Shown: in pieces, positions 57,512 through 64,000 of the stretch
Layout: every line of letters starts with the position of its first letter
How positions within the stretch are numbered: the first letter of the stretch is position 1
From: Eledone cirrhosa
Taxonomy: Eukaryota
Assembly (NCBI GenBank): GCA_964016885.1
Contig: OZ024763.1
Span: 14,446,001 to 14,510,000, forward strand
Direction: 5' to 3'
DNA length: 64,000 nt
Made by a program: the position numbers and the translations under genes
Notes under the pieces: generated by a model
Databases searched by the model: none
Told to the model about the DNA's origin: nothing
What the model saw: the letters and a program-made list of their open reading frames with translations, nothing else

Positions 57512-58180
57512 AATAAAGATTCAGCGAGAATCGCATTTTCGGCGGGCAGGAAAAGCGAAGCGAAACGCAAAAATCAGAAGTGATACTGGCAAAGTGCTCA
57601 ATAGTTAAAAACCAGAGCTAAACAATGTGTTAAGAAGCCATACAAAACTGAAAAGGTGGTCAAAAAAGCATTAACCACCCAAGCCAAAAACCAAATCAAG
57701 CTAAACAGGTCAAAACAAAATAAATGATAAAAATATATATACACATATATAAAATTAAAGAAAAGAATTTTATTGATAAATTCCAACCCAAGCTAAATGA
57801 ACAATAATAATGCTTAGGGGTATTACTTCTACTATGACTACGCCTACGACCATGTCGACTACCATCACTAACAACAACAATAATAATAATAAAAGTGTTG
57901 TTACTGAAGATTTTTTTATAAAACCCTAGAAAATGCTATTTTCACCATTTCTAAAAATAGCAAAACAATTGATGCTTTGGATAGGGTCAAATAGAAGTCC
58001 TTAGACATGCTCAACCAACCGTGACGCCTAAACCAATCAGTAATCTAGTGAAACTACACACCGATTGGTCAAAATACAGTTTGCAAAACTTAGCATTCTG
58101 TAGCCCCTTTTTACTGTATATAAGGCACAGATTTTACCCATCTCATTACAGTCGAAAATTGCAAACTTGACTGTCACCAC

Positions 58181-58230
58181 TGAATATGAACCTGAAGATT
58201 GCGAAAGTATGAAAGTACTTGTTCAATTCA
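58181..58230 (+). ncRNA. minimal type I hammerhead
   Basis: tgaatatgaac CTGAAGA t tgc gaaa gta t GAAA gtac TT gttcaattca. Confidence 0.72.
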
Positions 58231-58412
58231 CATTTAACACTTAATATTCTACCATACTATTTCATTATAATTTTAAAGGATTGTAAATAAAACGAGTTAA
58301 TCAGACAAAGTTGGAATTCCTTTTATTAATATAATCTTCTATACACACCCGTGTATATGTATTTATATATATGTGTGTATATATATATATATACATATAT
58401 ATATATTACTAT

Positions 58413-58842
58413 TGTAATATCATAATATTATTGATATTCGGTTTGTTTACAAGTAACCAGCCTGATAACACCATGTGGTAGAAATGATGACGTCATCCTT
58501 TTGTTCCAGCGGTAACTGAGAGAAAACAATTTACAACTGACAATTGTTTCGGAGTGTCTTGCTCCTTGTCAAGATTGTGTATTCTGCTCGTTAGCTACCG
58601 CCTGGAACAGCTGAGAAAACAGTATTCTCAAATGTATATATCGGCCTATTAGCCTCATTTGCATACCGAGCGGTTTAATTCAGTATGCAAATGACGCTAA
58701 CCACATCTGACAAGATGTCAAAAAAGAATCATGCCTCGTCATCTTGATTGAACCCTGAGCTGATTGATATCGAAACAATTGTAATATGCCAATAAAGTTT
58801 GTACTTATGCTGCAACACTGACTTTTCTTAATCCTCTTTACA
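58413..58842 (+). mobile_element. probable solo LTR (430 bp)
   Basis: Termini tgtaa...ttaca, flanks ctat/ctac (3 of 4 TSD match), and aataaa ~50 bp from the 3' end. Confidence 0.6.
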
Positions 58843-58872
58843 CTACAGCCACCTTAACACACCTAACACACC

Positions 58873-58917
<45 letters not shown>

Positions 58918-59134
58918 GATAGATATAAATAGAGTATGTTCGGTTTTTACGTGAAGATGCGTTCGTGAACGCTGCGTGTAAATCAAATTCGCGTAATTCA
59001 AGTCTACTATTTCTGATCAATAAAAAAAATTAAAAACCACATACGTTATAGCGTGTTATTCGCGCAAAATGGATATTTTTTCAAAAGGCGTTAAATCGAA
59101 TTCGCGTAAAAAAGCGAACAGACAATATATATAT

Positions 59135-59218
<84 letters not shown>

Positions 59219-59501
59219 AAGTGGAATTGGAAATAGCACGGAAAATCTATTTAAAGGATCTGTTTTTCTTCTTTTCTTCTTTCATCCGTCCAAGTGACAT
59301 TATTGAAAAAATGAGAGGAAGTTTATAATGTATATAAAATATAACTTGTTTCGATGTATCAGTGTAATCCATCTTATCAAATGTTGAATATTACAATTAA
59401 AAAGAATTAAAAAGGATTCAAAATTAAAAATTTTAAATTAAGTGCTGAAGAAGGTTTGTTCATATTTCTTGTTGAGAAGAACACTGGCTCTAAAATGGAA
59501 C

Positions 59502-59569
<68 letters not shown>

Positions 59570-59644
59570 GGAAACTACTTTTCATATGTTGATTTAAAAC
59601 TGCACTATCCACAGGTGTTTTTTAACCTTCATATCATGTCTTCC

Positions 59645-59708
59645 TATTTTATCTGATGAAAACACAAATGTTATTGCATGATGTTTTTGAAATGCGCATA
59701 ATAAAATA
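59645..59708 (+). ncRNA. family A hammerhead (tgcgca subtype)
   Basis: Same subtype as 13945 (+) and 30997-31068 (-). Confidence 0.7.
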
Positions 59709-59736
59709 CATGGAACTCTTTTAACCATCTTTTGAT

Positions 59737-59808
<72 letters not shown>

Positions 59809-59972
59809 ATAGATAGAGAGAGAGGGGGGGTAGTCATAGTAGTAGTAGTAGTAGTAGTGGTAGTTGAGTCTTTTTACAGAAGAAAATTATTTTTAGGGAG
59901 AGGACATTTTTTTTTATAGAACCTTACTTCCTTTTCAAATATATATATATATATGTGAAAAGGAAGTAAGGT

Positions 59973-60003
<31 letters not shown>

Positions 60004-60816
60004 GATGGCTATGTGGTTAAGCCGTTTCTTTCAAAACCACGTGGTTTTAGGTTCAATATGAGACCCCACTGCGTGGCACCTTGGACGCATGTGTCTTCTA
60101 CAATAGCTTTCGTTTAACCAATGCCACGAGGGCGACTGCCTAGAAGTCCATCATATACACATACGTAGATATATGTGTGTATCCTAGAGCACCCGGTGAA
60201 ATGTGAAAAACCGCGAATATAGGATGTGGTCCATAAAAATTCATATAAACGTCAAAATTTAAAGTAAAATATAGGCCGACAAACAGGGTATGGCGAGGGA
60301 GATGCGCCGAAAGAGCCATTCCAGTTCAGCCCACGAGCCTCACACCTGCGGGTAGCCCACTCTGTGCCGTTGGTGGTGAGCAGGAAGGGGGGCCCCAGGG
60401 CCAATGACACCAGAAGTTTATCTTTATGCTTATGTTTACTGTTTGATTATAAGCGCTTCGACAAAACAAATCCGATAAAGTACGTACCAAGAAAAAAATC
60501 TACAGACGTCAATATTAAGAATAAATACAGAGTGATACCTAACAAAATTTGTATGTTTTGTCGGGGCCGTAGAGATTAGCGGCGATGGTGAACAACTGTC
60601 AAACTAAGGGGTTTTCTAACGTAATCATCAAATTAAGAGTTCAATCCAGCTAGCTAACAGAACATCCAGCGGAATCCGCCAGCATAACAGACCTGCCAAC
60701 CAGCCAACATAGCTGCTTCCATTCTATAAGCCTGGCAACAGGCTTAGTTGGGTCAGACCAGCCAACCAGCCAAAAGTTATAAGGATATTTCTGACAGCTG
60801 GCTGCCACTAAAGAAG

Positions 60817-60865
<49 letters not shown>

Positions 60866-60952
60866 GTATGTATATGCGTATATATATAAATATATTTATA
60901 TATATATATATATATATACACATATGTATGTATATGCGTATATATATAAATA

Positions 60953-60993
<41 letters not shown>

Positions 60994-61059
60994 GCATATA
61001 CATATATACACACACACATATATATATATATATACACACACACAAAAATGTATATGTGC

Positions 61060-61100
<41 letters not shown>

Positions 61101-61359
61101 TATCTATACGTACATACATACATATATACATACATACACACACACACACATATCTATACGTACATACATACATATATACATACATATATATAAATATTAT
61201 ATATACATACATACATACATATACATATATATATAGAAATAAACATACACACACACACAGGTATACATATATATATATATGTATATGTATATAGTAAAAG
61301 AGGGAAGAATAACTTGGTCGGCTGTATATGTGTGTGTATATATATATACACACACACAG

Positions 61360-61392
<33 letters not shown>

Positions 61393-61479
61393 GATATATA
61401 TATATATATACACACACACACAGATATATATATATATATACACACAGATATATATATATATATATATACACACATACAG

Positions 61480-61553
<74 letters not shown>

Positions 61554-61793
61554 ATATATATATATATATACACACACACAGATATATCTATATATATATA
61601 CACACACACAGATATATATATATATAGGTACATACATAGTTTTGAGGATTGTTTCCTTCTCTTTTACTCCTGGTTTGTTTTATATTCTTTTAACATTTTC
61701 ACATTTATTTCCCATTTATATCTCATTCCAGACCAGTCTCATCACAGCTTGAAATGTAAGGAGAGGAAACACACGCACACATGTATATGTATG

Positions 61794-61907
<114 letters not shown>

Positions 61908-61951
61908 TATATATATATATAGATACACACACACATATATATATATACACG

Positions 61952-61988
<37 letters not shown>

Positions 61989-62148
61989 GTATATGTACAC
62001 ATGGAAATATATGAGTATATATATATGCATGTATATATATATATATATATGAGTATATATGTAGATATGCAAATATATGAGTATATGTGTGTGTGTTCGT
62101 GTGTGTGTCTGTCTCTCTCTCTCTCTCTGTATATACATATATATCTAC

Positions 62149-62179
<31 letters not shown>

Positions 62180-62300
62180 CATACAAATATATACACATAT
62201 GTAAACATATATACATACCTATATATCCATATATCTATATGCATACATATATAAATATATATATATATATATACAAATATATACACATATGTAAACATAT

Positions 62301-62393
<93 letters not shown>

Positions 62394-62914
62394 ATATTGA
62401 TTTTGTTAAACATTGTGGAACTTACAGTTTGCGAAACATTGTTTCTCGTTTGTTCTTTGTTTTAGAAAAGCTTAGGTAATATTAGAACTAAACGGCGTTT
62501 TGAACCATCTAACATTTCTAATAATATTTTAATGTTCTTTATTTATATGTAATTTATTTATTTTTATCCACTTTCTTTGTACTGGGTAGTTATATTAGTG
62601 AACGGCTCGTTTAGAATATTCTACGTCAGAGTTTGGAAAGAGGTTTGTTTTAATGTCAATAGTTAGAGCGTTTGTTAATATTTTGTAAAATTTATTTCTG
62701 ATTTTTCTGTCTGAAATATATTCTCCGAGGTTTAAATATAGGGTTATATCTATAGGGTTATATCTATAGGGTTATATCTATAGGGTTATATCTGAGCAAT
62801 TAATGATATTGATGATGCTGCTAATAATAGATTTTAAAATGTTAATGTCATTGAATGTGTTAAATAGATCTTTTAGTTTATAAATATATGTAGTTAGAGG
62901 TGATTCTTATAATA

Positions 62915-63105
62915 ACAGACGGTAGAGCGCCGGACAACTTTGCGTTATTTAGTTATAACTTTTTACGCTATGAGTTCAAATCCCGTCTTTCATCCTTACG
63001 GAGTCGATACAATTAAGTACCAGTAACGCACTGATTTATGTTTAATTGACTTTCTCTTTACATTCAAATTGCTGACCTTGTGCCAAAAGTAGAAACAATT
63101 ATAAC
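62915..63105 (+). mobile_element. SINE family 1 copy
   Basis: B-box, core and tail are recognisable. Confidence 0.75.
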
Positions 63106-63789
63106 AAATCACCAATCCATCGTCTCTGTAAAGGCCAAACTCCAGCGGATCAAATATTTTCCGATGTGAATTTTAAGAGAAATAAACCTATTATTTTACA
63201 TATTTCAGTGACAAGGAAATACCGTTGAAGTGCATGATATCAAAATTGACGCGGCAAAGCAAGATAAATTATACTAGCGTGCATAATCATTATCTTGTGA
63301 TAAATCTACTACCAAAATCTAATAAATATTTAAGCTAGAACATAGCGTATATTTAAATATTTTATGATAAACTTTAGGTAGACATAACTATCGTTTTTAA
63401 ATATATTTTTTAGCTGTAAAAAAGAATGATGTATGAGATTTATTCACTTTCAACTCTTCCTCCGTAGACACGATAATACAGATTTCTGAATGCACTTACG
63501 CATTTCAGACATTTTTGTGTCCTCATCATGGAATAGCTATCCACATGCTTCAGTGTATGTGTATATATGGGGGCAATACTATAACAGAGATTCTCAAACA
63601 TTTTGGGCTAGCCTCCTCATGGCCACATAATGCTCCCAGCCCCCCAACTCTATTTCCAGAGAGACCTGCCTACACGCAAATTGTAAGTAATATATAATAA
63701 ATAAAATCGTTAATTCATATATAATAAATAATATGTAAACTATTTTTGTGGAAAAGGTAAAGGAAAGAAAATATCTTATATCTTGTAAA

Positions 63790-63863
63790 GATTCCTTCTG
63801 ATGAACGAATTCAGACGCTTCTGTTAGAATCTTCTAACTTCGTGAAACCTTGGGTAATGGATT
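63790..63863 (+). ncRNA. type I hammerhead motif
   Basis: attcctt CTGATGA acgaa...ttcgt GAAA ccttggg TA atggatt; stem I has a mismatch. Confidence 0.65.
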
Positions 63864-64000
63864 AATTATATTGTGTTGCTTATTACATAACTAAATAATA
63901 TAATAGGTATGAATAAATATTATATATTTTTATTTTACTATATTTATCTATAATATAAATGATATTTAATATACTTGTTTCTACTTTTGGCACAAGGCCA

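Overview
This is a repeat-saturated, AT-rich eukaryotic window with no intact protein-coding gene that I can support; it is probably intronic or intergenic. The SINE families and the (TA)/(CA) microsatellite load resemble an octopod cephalopod genome, which is my inference. Almost all supplied ORFs are microsatellite artefacts. The real content is tRNA-derived SINEs, decayed non-LTR retrotransposon fragments (RTE-like, CRE-like, R4/NeSL-type REL, Tx1-like), four hAT MITEs with 8-bp nnnTAnnn target-site duplications (TSDs), a solo LTR, minisatellites and a 200-N gap. The most notable signal is more than 20 hand-folded type I hammerhead ribozyme motifs (stem I-CUGANGA-stem II-GAAA-stem III-UH-stem I) in several unrelated families, many with a minimal palindromic stem III. 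They sit in short non-coding elements embedded in (TA)n and often form long fold-back palindromes, consistent with Penelope-like pLTR or retrozyme elements. One is a ~653-bp unit with terminal direct repeats. Also present are four tandem arrays built from retroelement segments (two from or abutting a CRE endonuclease region) and two RTE fragments with twin-priming-type 5' inversions. All folds and family calls were made by eye, and boundaries are approximate unless a TSD is given.
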